The notes beneath the pieces were generated by a model. The model saw nothing but the letters and a program-made list of their open reading frames with translations, was not told the DNA's origin and ran no database searches. A DNA stretch of 64,000 bases from Macrostomum lignano (lineage: Eukaryota): NCBI GenBank assembly GCA_002269645.1, contig NIVC01000293.1, positions 310,001-374,000 of the forward strand. Direction: 5' to 3'. A program made the translations under genes and the position numbers. Shown here piece after piece: positions 35,640 to 47,440 of this stretch (its first letter is position 1; every line of letters begins with the position of its first letter).

Positions 35640-36306
35640 ATCTAGTAAAAAGACTAGGGGTGAAGGGAACGAAAAAAAGCAAAAGAGAAGATCGACAGAG
35701 AGGTGCGCTTTGTGGCGAATCTGAAGGTTAAACTAGACAACATACGAAACGAGGCTTGCACGGTCAAGACGAAGTAAGTTTTCATTTTTATACGTACATT
35801 TAATTTGAGTAAACAAATTGTTTATTACTCGTATATTTTGTTTTTTAGCTTCAACGATGCTAAGCGACTATGCACCGCCGAGGTCAGTCCACTTGATGAT
35901 GTCGCCCATCTCCAATTCCAAGAGCTGGAAACGTTTGTGCACAGTTTAAGCCAGTTGGAGTGCATCGCACGGAAAAAGCAGGCCGATAGCCACCTTGAGA
36001 GAAAAACACGGGCTAACCGTCGAAGGCGTAGCCAAAAGGCTAAGCATCGAAACAAAGTTTGCCCAGCGGCTATATACGTTCTATGGCCTCATAACCAAAT
36101 ACCTAGCTCTGCAAGCAACTGGCTACGCTTTTGAAACGCTGCTATCTTACAAGGTGGCTATTGAAAAGTTTGCGCCCGATGATTCAAACTATGACTGCAA
36201 GATGAGGGCGCCTATTACCATTCGATTCGAAGGAGAAGACGATGACGAAGACACCCTACTTGCTGAAAGCATATCGAGCATGTCTACGAATACTATGAGG
36301 GAGTAG
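35640..36306 (+). pseudogene. Unknown protein, paralogue 3 (intron 35774-35848, frameshifted)
   Basis: EVRFVANLKVKLDNIRNEACTVKT|N FNDAKRL...; C-terminal KYLALQATGYAFETLLSYKVAI. Confidence 0.55.
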
Positions 36307-37103
36307 TTTTTAATAGCTAACTTAAAAACATTGAATGGACAATAAGCACTAGCCACCTTTTATAAATTGTATTTTTTTAATGTTCAGAATTTATTCTGAA
36401 CTTTCAGAATAATGATATAAAATACACAATCTTTATGTCTACCGTATTCTTTTGTGCCTCCAGTAGTCTCTTTTTCTGTTACTAAAAATAGACAAAAATG
36501 GCACACTATATTCAATAATACAATTTGAATGAATTGCAAGTAGGAGACCCAGTAGAGTATCGTGCAGAAAATAGCTGATTGAATATCTAATGCAGAACCT
36601 AGAAATAATGGTTTACTGAAGGCCCTTTTATATATTAAAAATTTACTATTGTTAAATTGGATGACACTTTCAAATTTTATATACCCGAAATCGCATTGAA
36701 TCGAGCCGTGAATCCAACTTTTCTCATGGTTTTACTCTCGAAATCGTGAAAATTTAACTTTTTCAAAATTTTCAAAAATCACAAAAAATCGCTGTTTTCA
36801 GACCATTTTCACCTGTTTTTAGTCATTTTTACTCATTTTTAGTGATTTTCAAAATGAGTGAGGGCATGAGGGTGAGGGCACCCTCCTTTTTAAAAAGTAT
36901 AAAATTCTGAAAAATCTTTGTTCTGTGAAATATTCCAAAGGCCAATGCCCCCACATGCTCTCACCCTCAACACCCTCACTCACAGATTTTTATATATAAA
37001 ATTATATATATATATATATATGATATTATATATTATAATGTATATTATAATATTATAATATATATAATATTCATATCACACACACCTTGCAACAATGACC
37101 TGG

Positions 37104-37200
37104 TAGTAGTAGTGTTATATAAAGGGGTGAGTCATACAGCGAGCTAGCGCAATGCGCCCGGGCAATTAGTGTGGCGCACCCCCTTATAACACTACTACTA
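37104..37200. repeat. 97-bp foldback with (TAG)3...(CTA)3 ends
   Basis: TAGTAGTAGTGTTATATAAAGGGGTG / CACCCCCTTATAACACTACTACTA. Confidence 0.85.
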
Positions 37201-38437
37201 ATAATTATCCAGATTTAAATAAATCACGCGCCCTGTTATAGAGTTGTGCGTTTTTACTTTTATTAGCAATTATCTATTTTTAATTTAATGTAACAAAAAA
37301 TATAGTTATTCTTGTTTTGTTTGTTTAATTTATGTGATTTTGCATTGATTTAGGATGTAATATATATCTCGGAAATATTTCATATCTAATAAAATCTCCT
37401 AATGATGCTAATAAGCAAGCAGCTGCTGCGTCAGTAACTTTAACTTCAGAGAATTATCAATTACTTATTAATAGGGAAGAGGAAGAGAAAACACATTAGG
37501 TATAGTGATGATTTTTCAATCTCAATATTTTTCTACCCAGCCTAAATGTTATCCAGAGTATGTAATTTCAAATATATTGTTTTTTCAATAATTAGTAATT
37601 ATTAATATCAACTTTGAGTCTTTCTTTAATTAGGTACATGTGGAAAAAGTCAATTATTCAATACGCGGAACCAGATCCCAAAGACTTTAATTCCCTAAAC
37701 CCAGGGTGCTCATCTTCCGAAAAAATTAAATTTTCTCTAAAAATGTTTCCAGTCGTCTCTCCAGGTTCTTATTACAAAGCGCACAAGCCTAATTACAAGA
37801 GTAAGCTCTTCCTCTTCAATCCTCATCAATTTAGCTTTACTCGAGGCCAACATCCTCTTCTATCTGGCCTTGCACGAGGCCAAATTTTATCGCAAACTGG
37901 CTTTCTGGCCTTTGCTTCTCTTCTCTCCACACAATTGTACAGTCTTGAGCACACTGGTTTCGACTACAATCTCTCTTTCCACCATGCTTCTCCTTCATGC
38001 TCCTCACCTCCTCAGCCTATGCTCTTTGTACACAGAAGTCTCACCCCTCACTTTCACACGCCTTATGCTTTATCGTAAACTGAGCTATATCGATTACTTT
38101 TCCCTGCTTGACTCCAAGATTGTAGTCTAGAATTTACTGGAATTCTACGGCTAACTGTATATTTAAGCAAACACAAACACTCGGGCTTCTTCACCCCACA
38201 TATGCCATTGAAGTGATCTTAATTTAAGCATGTTATGACCAATGTTATTTTTTAGTCTAATGCGAAATTCAGAAGGTTTTCCTATCAGGAAAGTACAGCA
38301 CATGCTTGTGCGGCAGTAAAGATCTGATTGCGTGAAGCGAACACCAATGAAATGCGTTATAGAAATCATATATAGCGTTCAGTGAGAATGAAGCCACTCT
38401 CCGCCTTTGTCCGCCCTTGTACGCTCTCGCCCCCTTT

Positions 38438-38486
38438 GCGCCTCGCGCCTCGCGCCTCGCGCCTCGCGCCTCGCGCCTCGCGCCTC
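38438..38486. repeat. (GCGCCTC)7 heptamer array
   Basis: Seen directly. Confidence 0.9.
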
Positions 38487-39076
38487 GCCCTCTTGCCGCA
38501 CTCGGTTCTCCGCCTCTTTGCCCTCTAAACTGCTCCATTAGCTTGCCCCAACAATCGGGCCTGAACTCTAATATCCCAATCTAACAGAGATAAATCCGGA
38601 CAAACGTCAATTCGTGCAACAATATCGATAAGTAGCCTGTGGCTCCATTTTCACTGAATTGCTTAACAAATTTGCGTAATTGCGTGATCAATATCCTATT
38701 AGGAATTGCTACTAACATTGATTAGTAATAAAAATCTTGTTGAAGGTTAGAGATCGAGAGAAACAAATCGAACCCCCGACTTATTTAATTCAACAGAAAC
38801 ATCGACGATTATAGACATCGTCAAAGAATCTTAAAACGAAACTAAGGACTGCACAAAATGTCACAGTCGTGCTGCACGCTGAAAGCGATCTAAGAAATTT
38901 TCCGCTAGACAAAATATATCATAAGTGGACTGAATGTTTGCTTCAGAAAAATACCGATTTTTAAAGCAGTGCAGGTAAGACTCGAAATCTGTTTTCTGTG
39001 TATTTCTGGGTACTTTTTATCATTCCTCATTGCATTGTTTCATTTCTTACTATTTGAAGAAGGTTTAAGACCCAAG

Positions 39077-39352
39077 GGAAAAGGTTCGAATCAAGGAAAA
39101 CAAGTTGGAGAGCCGCGAGGGGGAAAAAATCTTACGTGGACTCGAATGTCCCGTGTGTTATAACTAGCTATTGCAATCTAAAAACTGGATTGCCCACATT
39201 CGTTCTGTCTGAGATGCGTCCAAAGTTTGTACATTGCGGCAACGAACAGTATAAAGTGTCCAGAATGCCGTGCGGAAACATTCAAGACGGTCGATGAGCT
39301 GCAAGCAAATGTGGCTATTGAGCGTACGATTGAAAATCGTCGAAGAAATTAG
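39077..39352 (+). pseudogene. C3HC4 RING-finger (TRIM-like) pseudogene, not present in the ORF track
   Basis: GLECPVCYN*LLQSK/KLDCPHSFCLRCVQSLY...IKCPECRAETF...LQANVAIERTIE*, with one stop and one frameshift. An upstream donor GTAAGA lies near 38976. Confidence 0.8.
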
Positions 39353-41066
39353 TTTATTAAATTAGTTTTGACTTAAGATTCTGTAGTCATCGTTTATTAG
39401 TTTTTGAAATATAAAATGAGTTAAAACACCTTTGGAAAAAGAAATATAAACGAGTCTTTGTTTCTTTTCTTTGCTTAAAGTGAAATTACCATTTATGATT
39501 CTAGCTTGCGTGCAGAGTGAAACTCTTACTCAGTCAGCATGAATAAGCAAATTTTACTTTGAACTAAACTGCGTAGTACCAGGTTTCACAGCCATAGGTC
39601 TTATACTCCTTAGACCACGTCACTGCACTGCAGAGAGATTATAGGGTTCTCGGACCATAGTGTTAGAGCACTCAGGCCAGCTACTTGTCGTGCTAGTTTA
39701 AGGACAGACAGAGGGAGAGTTAGTAGGCAGCAGCAGTAGTCATCAAAGAGTAAAAAACTTAGTAAAATATCCTTTTACACATTCGGCTAATGTTTTAACA
39801 TAGTAGTAAAAATTATTAACTATCCAACATTCACATCCTTGCTACCCGCTAATAATGTTTAATAACTCAAAACCTAGAATATAATCCTTGCAGCTCTTCA
39901 GGCTTTGGGAATTTTATACAAAAAGTCATGAAGAGCTCACCGCATATGCCGGTGCTAAGTTCTTGAAGGATAGTCTGAGCGGCAAATTGTTTGCCCTTTG
40001 TTTGCTTGAACATTTTGTTTTTATCTCTAACGATCTTGCGCAAATCGAATCACTCGAGTTATAAAGTGAGTTTCGGTAGGCAATGACAATAGCTTTTTTG
40101 AAAGCCAATTCTTCTGGAAACATCATGCGATTTTGAAATTACAAACAGCAAGGTTTACGAGCATTAAACGTTTTACAATTTTACTTTAGTGTATCCAGCT
40201 TTGATATTTCCTGGTTACAGTCTAATGACTATTCTTGAGTACAAATCAGCAATAGAGAGATAAATGGACGCAGAGTTAAGCAATACTCTAGGAAGGTACA
40301 TAAGAAACAGAGTTCATTTAAAATAAGGAAAACCGAATGCAAAGTGAGAAAACTCTCTATGTTTGTCTGTGTGTGGGGGCCTCTCTCTCTCTCTCTCTCT
40401 CTCTTTCTTTTAAAAAGCAACTTAATAATTTATTGCTATAACTATAACCCGGCTGTCCTCTCTTAAAACATCTGTTGTGAAGGTACTTTCCATCTTTTTT
40501 GGAAAAACGAAAGGGTGGACCGCGAATTCCATCCTGCTGATTTTCCTGGATTAAGTTTTGCTTGGAGCTTTGTTAAGACTCTGTTAAATATTCAGTTGTT
40601 ACATTGCTTATTTTGATTCAACTATCGTGGTTTTAATTCACTAAGGCTGGAAAATTTCCTTGTAGTATAGAAAAAAGCTAAAGTTGTCGGCATTTGTCAG
40701 CAGCTAGTTTTAACTTTCTGAGTACAATGCATTTGTTTCATTTAGCTAGATGTATTTTTATGCATTTGGTATTCCTGTTGTTCCGTATACGGATTTTTTC
40801 CTCAGCTCAAAATTGCTACATTTCAAGCATTTTTGACAATTTTTTCCACTTCTTTCGATTTTTTGACATGAAATGCTTCTTTCGCATCCATATCATCAGA
40901 ACTCTATTCGTGTAGTTGCGAAACATTTAGAAAGACGAGAAGCACCACAAATCAGGTAAGGTTTCATTTGTATTTTCACCATTGTCATGACTATATGACG
41001 CCCTTTATTTGTTTTTCATTTAAATGATAGAAGTTGTGATCCAATTTGACACTAACAGGCCAACAT

Positions 41067-41251
41067 CTAGGGTTGAGTTTTGGAGCTGGCCATATTCTAA
41101 GAGTGAGATTTCGGAGCTAGCCATAATCTAGGGGTGAGATTTCGGAGCTGGCCATAATCTAGGGGTGAGATTTCGGAGCTAGCCATAATCTAGGGGTGAG
41201 ATTTCGGAGCTGGCCATATTCTAGGGGTAAGATTTCAGAGCTGGCCATAAT
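41067..41251. repeat. 31-bp minisatellite x6 (CTAGGGGTGAGATTTCGGAGCTGGCCATAAT)
   Basis: Seen directly. Confidence 0.92.
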
Positions 41252-41305
41252 GTTGTCTATTTTGTTGTCTATTTGATGTATTATTTGTTGTTACTTTTAC
41301 TTCTG

Positions 41306-41454
41306 GGACCGATTTCACGAAGCTTAGCAGCTAGCAGTTAGCATTAGCTCAGTCAACAGTAGCACTTGAGCGATGCATCACGTGACAGAATCGAGGCCAT
41401 AGATTGGTTGAGCTACTGCTAACTGCTAGCTGCTAAGCTTCGTGAAATCGGCCC
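41306..41454. mobile_element. 149-bp Harbinger/Tourist-like MITE
   Basis: About 45-bp TIR GG(A/G)CCGATTTCACGAAGCTTAGCAGCTAGCAGTTAGCA and 3-bp TSD CTG. Confidence 0.8.
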
Positions 41455-41890
41455 CTGTTGTCCTTATGAACTTTGCCAATTCGCAGCCATTCAAGCATTT
41501 GTCCTTTTCTACAACTATCCTTGTTGCTATAAAGGCACTGTTCCTAATAATCACCCAACGCTGCTGGCAAATTACATGCGTAACCTTTTTCGTTTAAATT
41601 TTTTAATCAAAAATGCTTTTGCCTTCCATTCTTATGTTTTCTTTTTTTAATAACTTTGTGTGCAACATGAAAGGGCACATACTGATGGACCTGTCCACTG
41701 ATAGACAGGTAGCATACCCGCTGATCGACAGGTAGCACACATAAATTTTCTTGTACAATACACTGTATTAAACACAGTTATCAATTAATCCTGCTATACT
41801 CTTAAATAATATTTAATTATAATCATAGCCCATTAAGCTTCTTAGTAAATACGTTAAATTTTAGGCCATAAACAATAATGGACAGTATAC

Positions 41891-41933
41891 CCATCGTCCC
41901 ACCTTTGAAGACGACAGCGTCTTCATTCACTAG
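41891..41933 (+). mobile_element. Helitron 3' terminus (same family as 11408-11564)
   Basis: 43-bp identity CCATCGTCCCACCTTTGAAGACGACAGCGTCTTCATTCACTAG, followed by T. Confidence 0.75.
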
Positions 41934-44157
41934 TTTCAGGCATCTATGGCAAGCGCAATGAGGCGTCTGAAGTTATCATGCAGTTTCTGCGCAAGAAGAT
42001 CCTACCCAGTCCATCGTTGTCATGCATAATTAGTCGTTCGTCTTTGCAAGGATCGTCAGCAATTACCAAGGTAACTCAATAATAAAAGATTTATTATTGA
42101 GTTAATTAATTAATTAATTAATTAATATTAATAATTAGTAATATTCTTCCCAGTCAATTGTTGCCATGTATAATTACTTTTCTATCTCAGGAAGGATTGT
42201 CAGCAATTACCAAGGTAACTGTCAATGGTAATACTTTCGTGTCTCTCTATCCATCTCCTCAATGTCTACGTCAATTACTAGTCTCCCGGCTCGCTTTCTT
42301 CCTTCACTTCCGGCTTCTGCTTGGTCTTTTCACTATTGCTAGCTACGTGTACTGCTCTAATCCGTGGCGGCTCATTCTCGTCTGGATCTTTGTTTCTTTG
42401 CTTTCTGGCCATAAGTTCTCTTTTCTGGGTATACGTGGAGTGAAGCATCGGCCATTGTATTAATTCTTTAGCTGCAAGAGGTTAAATGGGTTGAACAACG
42501 CCACCGTAGTAAAAAACATCGAAACTTATAAAGTACCATTCCAAGTAACAGTGAATACGTCTGCCAAGTACTTGGCACACACTTAGCAAGTTTATCTTGT
42601 CATTTCAAATTCTTACAAAGTATTAAATGTTACTTAGTACTTACTTAAAAAGTTAACTTCGTGTATTTTTCTGCTACTTGTTCTGCTACCTGCGTCGATT
42701 AATTTTACATATACATCTGCTCATTATCGGCGTACTCTCTAAAAATCTGTTTGCAATTTAACCAAAATTACAGTCTTATTGTTAGCATTAATAAGTTGAT
42801 TCATTGAGTTTACGAGAGCTGTTTATTGTTGACACAGTTGAGAAAGGCCTCCTTGTTTCCTAGGATATATTCCTAGAGGATTTATTGATTTAATTGAGTT
42901 ATCCGTTACATTTTGGAGTAACGAAGAAGCCGCCCTTCAGGAGGACCTATCACAGAAACTTAGAGAATTCAATTGTTTATTAGGGCGCATATTCTATTGC
43001 TAATTCTGAGCTTGAAGACCGTTAAGAAGTTCTGATTTACTCTCGTTTTGGTCGACCCACAGATAAAAGTCAAGGACTCAATAAGACTACTCCAAATCGG
43101 CCATCACTACTGCTAAGCCAAGTTAGACAGTCACACACACATACCGCAAGAACCAGAAGTCTACCAACCACAAGAGGATCTGCTACAGTAAGTAATTTGA
43201 ACTGGTAAATGCCTACGCACTTGTTCCCCAGTGTTTAGAAGTAGGAGTTTTTGAATGACTGATCACCATTCTCAAACTTTTCATTAACTTGGTCTACTAA
43301 AGTTCAAAGAAACAATTGCTTCAAATTCAGAACTATCAAACTGTTACAGCTAAATTTAAGCTGAGCCATACCCAGGGCCTAGGGGCTAGGTCAAGACTTG
43401 AGTCAGTTGAGTCAAGTGCAGCATCTGCGTGAGCCACTTTTAAATTGGTGCCGGCGTTGCCGCCGAGAAACACCAAAAAATATCATGATTTTCATTACAG
43501 TTTCAAACCATCACGACTCACAAGACTCTATTAAGTCTTTTGATACTGAGTCTGACTCTTTTTACTATAAATAGTATAATACTATACTATATAAATACTA
43601 TAAATAGTACTTTTTTTTAATTGTTTTTTGTCCAGGGACGGGGATTCTTGGTGGACCTCCCCGGGGTGCTTTCCTGGTGGTATACCCTGGGAAGGCCAGG
43701 GAGCACTCCCCGAGGATGACATCTTTAGTACTAGGTTGCCTTTATTTATTCAAGGATTTTAGGCATCTGACAACTAAATAATAATTTAGGTCTATTATGG
43801 TAAGTTTTAAACTTTTAGAATTTATCTATTCTAGGTACTGTTTTATTTCAAGTGGGATATTTAATTTAGAATTGGATATAAATAGATTATTAGGCTTAGA
43901 ACTAGAAGGCCAGAATTGGCAAAGGCATTAAAGTTAAATCTAAATTGGCATAAGGCTTAGGCCTATTAAAAAATCTATTTGACTAGGTTTATAGTCATTT
44001 ATTAGCTATATAAAATGACTAAAATAGTACTAGCAATTTTTTAACATTTATTCTATCTCTATAGTATTTAGTTAGGTTTTTTAGTTATATTCAAAATATT
44101 TTTAAAAGTCTTGATTTTTTTTTATTTTAAAGTTCAAAACTTACTAAACATGGATAT

Positions 44158-44435
44158 ACATACATGCGCAACCCCCCTGATTTGCACTGGCCATGCTACT
44201 TACTTTTTGATCAAAAATGCGACTTACCTGTGAAAATAACCCTAAAGCAAAATTAATGCAACTTTGGTTAAATGGCGGGAGTAACTATGACTGTCTTATC
44301 AGTCCTAAATGCCTAAGCATCTAATTAGTACTTCATTTGTATTCTTTGGGGTGGCATTTTTGCGACTTACCCCTGGTCTACCATAATTTATGGAGGCCAG
44401 ATTAACCAGGTTGGTTAGTAGTTGCGCATGTATGT
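44158..44435. mobile_element. 278-bp MITE with AC...GT termini and 6-bp TSD
   Basis: Perfect 15-bp TIR ACATACATGCGCAAC / GTTGCGCATGTATGT, flanked by GGATAT on both sides. Confidence 0.8.
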
Positions 44436-46780
44436 GGATATAGGATGTCTAGTTTATTGAAATTAATGAAATTATTAGGCCCTATAATTTAAACAAAAAT
44501 TTTATCAACATTCAACTTTGATTGTCCACTTTTCAGTACAATTTTCTTCATTGGCTGGGGGGGGGCAAGTCTGTCACAACGCAAGTAGCTACCATCATGT
44601 ATAACATCATGATGGACTCTCTAGGAAAGTAGTACAGCCTTTGAGGCGCAAAATGCAATGGCACTGACAAACTATCTTTTGAAGCCCTTGGTCTTCTCCT
44701 GCTTATTAGACGTAAGAATTGTTGGATAAATATATATATTTTTTTTACTTGTCAGCTGCCACCACTGTGTAAGAATCTTTTAAATCTATTTTAAATAGTA
44801 GCTTCTTTTCCTTGGCAAAAAGGAGTCTTAAATATAAACTTAATAATATAATTAATTAGTTTAGTAAACCATTATTGAACCATAGAATTTTTGCTAATAA
44901 ATAGTTTGTAAATTCTCTAGAAACTGAAAACTCAAAGGAAAACTTAATACCTTTTCTGCTTATCATATAACTACAAACAATTTCACCTTTGACAGAAATT
45001 GTTTGGTCAGTTCATAAAAATAGAAGCCAATAGAGATTGAAGAGGCTATAGGCGATCATCTGCACTTTGCAATGATTAGAGAGTGCTGGAAAGCTCAATG
45101 CACCATTGCTAGTCCAACAGTTGCAGCTGCTGTTGCTGCTATTGATGATGATGACACCTATAGTCAAGCTGACAAGGATGGCTTCAGTGTTAATCACACC
45201 TGTGGTCAAGCTGACTGGGATGGCTTTAGTGCTGACGAGAAAGACAATCAAGACTTCAGTGTTATCTATATCATTTAGCTAAAACTTACACCTTTTTGCT
45301 ACTACAAAAAACACTTTCTATCAATAACTTAAAGTACTACTAAGTACTACTAAATACAAGAAGTAAAGGTTAGACACGAGACAAGTTACTAGAGAAGTAC
45401 AGATTAGACATAAGACGAATAGAGATTAGACACCAGAGAGGTAGAGATTAGCCACGAGACAGGACATTTTGGAGATTCCGTGCCATTTTAAAGATTGTTA
45501 TTTTGAAAAATTTTGACCATTTTTATTAATATTGCCATTCAAATTCAATTTTTTAAAAAGCGCTACTTCTTTTAATATAGTGCCATTTTTTCAAATTTGT
45601 GTCTCTTCCAATACATATTTTCAAATTTTTTTAAATTGCATGTCATAATTTAAATAATTAAGTAAGTGCTTTTGCCATTTATTTAAAATTGATTGCCATA
45701 ATTTCTTTAAAAGTTGCTGCCATTTTCTAAGTTGATTTAGACTTTGTTGTCACTTTTCTAAATACAGTGCCATTTTTTTAAGTCAGTTGCCATTTCTATA
45801 AAAATAAATGTGTGCCCATCTGCTTGATTGGTTAATGCATTGTTTTTGATAAAATAATGATTAATATATTTTTTCCATATCTTATTATGCTACTATTAGT
45901 AAAAAGTAAAGAAAATTAAAAATGTCATGGCAACATTGCATGCTGTTGCTGCAACATTTAAGCATGAACAGCTACAACGACAAATGAATAGTTGATATGG
46001 GTGCTGACCATTTTGGCAAAAGACCACTTCGGCGAAGGCCACTTCCACTTCGGCCTTCCACTTTGGCAAATGAAATGACCACTTCGGCGAAGCCTATGAA
46101 ACTTAACGAAAAATTAGTGTATCAAAACAAGACAATGGAATGCTAGTACAAGTTTATCTTTAACGGAGAAATTAATATCCTTTTCTTATAATATTGAGTT
46201 CATCGTGATCTACTACACCTTTTCACGTTCAATTTTGATCAAAGCCCAGTTCTAAAAAACTAGCGGAAATTCAATAAAAACAAACCCCAGTTCAAAACAT
46301 TCTGTTTATACTGCCACCAAAGCAAGGTTTAGCCATAGACAAAATTATCCCCAGTCTGAATTGAACTTTGAATTGATTGACGTACCGTTTATTATAAGAC
46401 TATCAAATGTAGCCTTTTCGCGGCCTACTTGGCCTGCTCTGTGGGGTGCTATATAGCGCATAAAAATGTGCAAAATTAAACATGCTGTATTGGCTTAGAC
46501 TCACAGGCTTATTATCAAAGGAATTTGGCTTGACGAAATCATGAAATGAAATGTACATTTGTGCTTCTTTGCATAAGAATTTTACCTTACCATAGGATCG
46601 CTACAATTATGTGCTTCCTTGCAGGAGAATTTTTTCATTCATGTATGTACCATGCATAGAAAGGAGGATATAGTAGGGGAGGATTTGGCATATATATACG
46701 CGTATTGCGTATGGTCTTGGAATTATTTTTAGAACTAAGAACAGTAATTGTTTCCTAGCTATGTGAATAGTGACAACTGC

Positions 46781-47030
46781 ATGATGGCGGATAACTGTCT
46801 TGTCTGCCCAAAAATTGTGACAGGACAACAGCAAGCATTAGAATGTGACCATTGTCTTCGTTGGCAACACAGATATTGCGGCAGTGGCATTTCCCAAGCT
46901 GAGTACCGCCGACTTGCTTCACTGGATGTGTTCCAGTGGAGGTGTTCAGCTTGTAACATGCTTGTAACTGCGCCATCTGCACCGACATCGCCGCCTCTAC
47001 CTGTAGCCATGGCGCCCACATCGCCGCCTC
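46781..47030 (+). pseudogene. PHD finger exon inside the MULE derivative
   Basis: CLVC...ALECDHCLRWQHRYCGSGIS...QWRCSAC (46796-46954), a C4HC3 pattern. Confidence 0.85.
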
Positions 47031-47039
47031 CAACTTTTA

Positions 47040-47440
47040 TCTCTGAACTATCCTCTCTTCTCTTTTCTCTTTTCCCTCTTATCTCTCCTCTATTTCTTCT
47101 CTTCTCATTTTTCTTTCTCTCTCTTCTTTTTCCACTCTCCATTGGTTGAGTGGCCTGCATGGAATCGAGTCCATAGTTTTTTTTCTTCTCTATTCTCCCC
47201 TCTCTCCCTTCTCTCGTCTCTGCTCTCTCATTTCCTTTCTCCTTTTTTATCTCTTTTCATTTCTCTCTACTCTCTTCTCTCTTCTTTTAACTTTTTCCTC
47301 TCCTCTCTCCACTCTTTTCCTCTCTGCACTCTTTCCTTTCGTCTCTTATATCTTTTCTCCCTTTTTTTCTTTCTCTTTTATGAGGTATCTCTTCTCATTT
47401 ATCTCTCTCCTCTTTTTTTCTCTCTCTTTTTCTCCCTCTC
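47040..47440. repeat. CT-rich low-complexity tract
   Basis: Pyrimidine-rich. A similar tract lies at 49685-50225. Confidence 0.85.

Larger units (their letters stand above)
23141..38100. mobile_element. Decayed Polinton/Maverick-like region (boundaries approximate)
   Basis: Contains a Polinton-type rve integrase, a PLA2-like domain, a small Polinton-type ORF, AGTAGT-ended foldbacks and inverted GAGGGTGAGGG modules near both edges. No pPolB, ATPase or capsid gene was recognised. Confidence 0.55.

Noticed and set aside
39860-40130. FMTFCIKFP resembling paralogue 1 (FYDFCMKFP)
   Set aside because: The match is too short and the surrounding frame does not align.
35095-41251. CRISPR-like appearance of the 76-80-bp and 31-bp arrays
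   Set aside because: The units are contiguous without unique spacers, the context is eukaryotic, and there are no cas genes.
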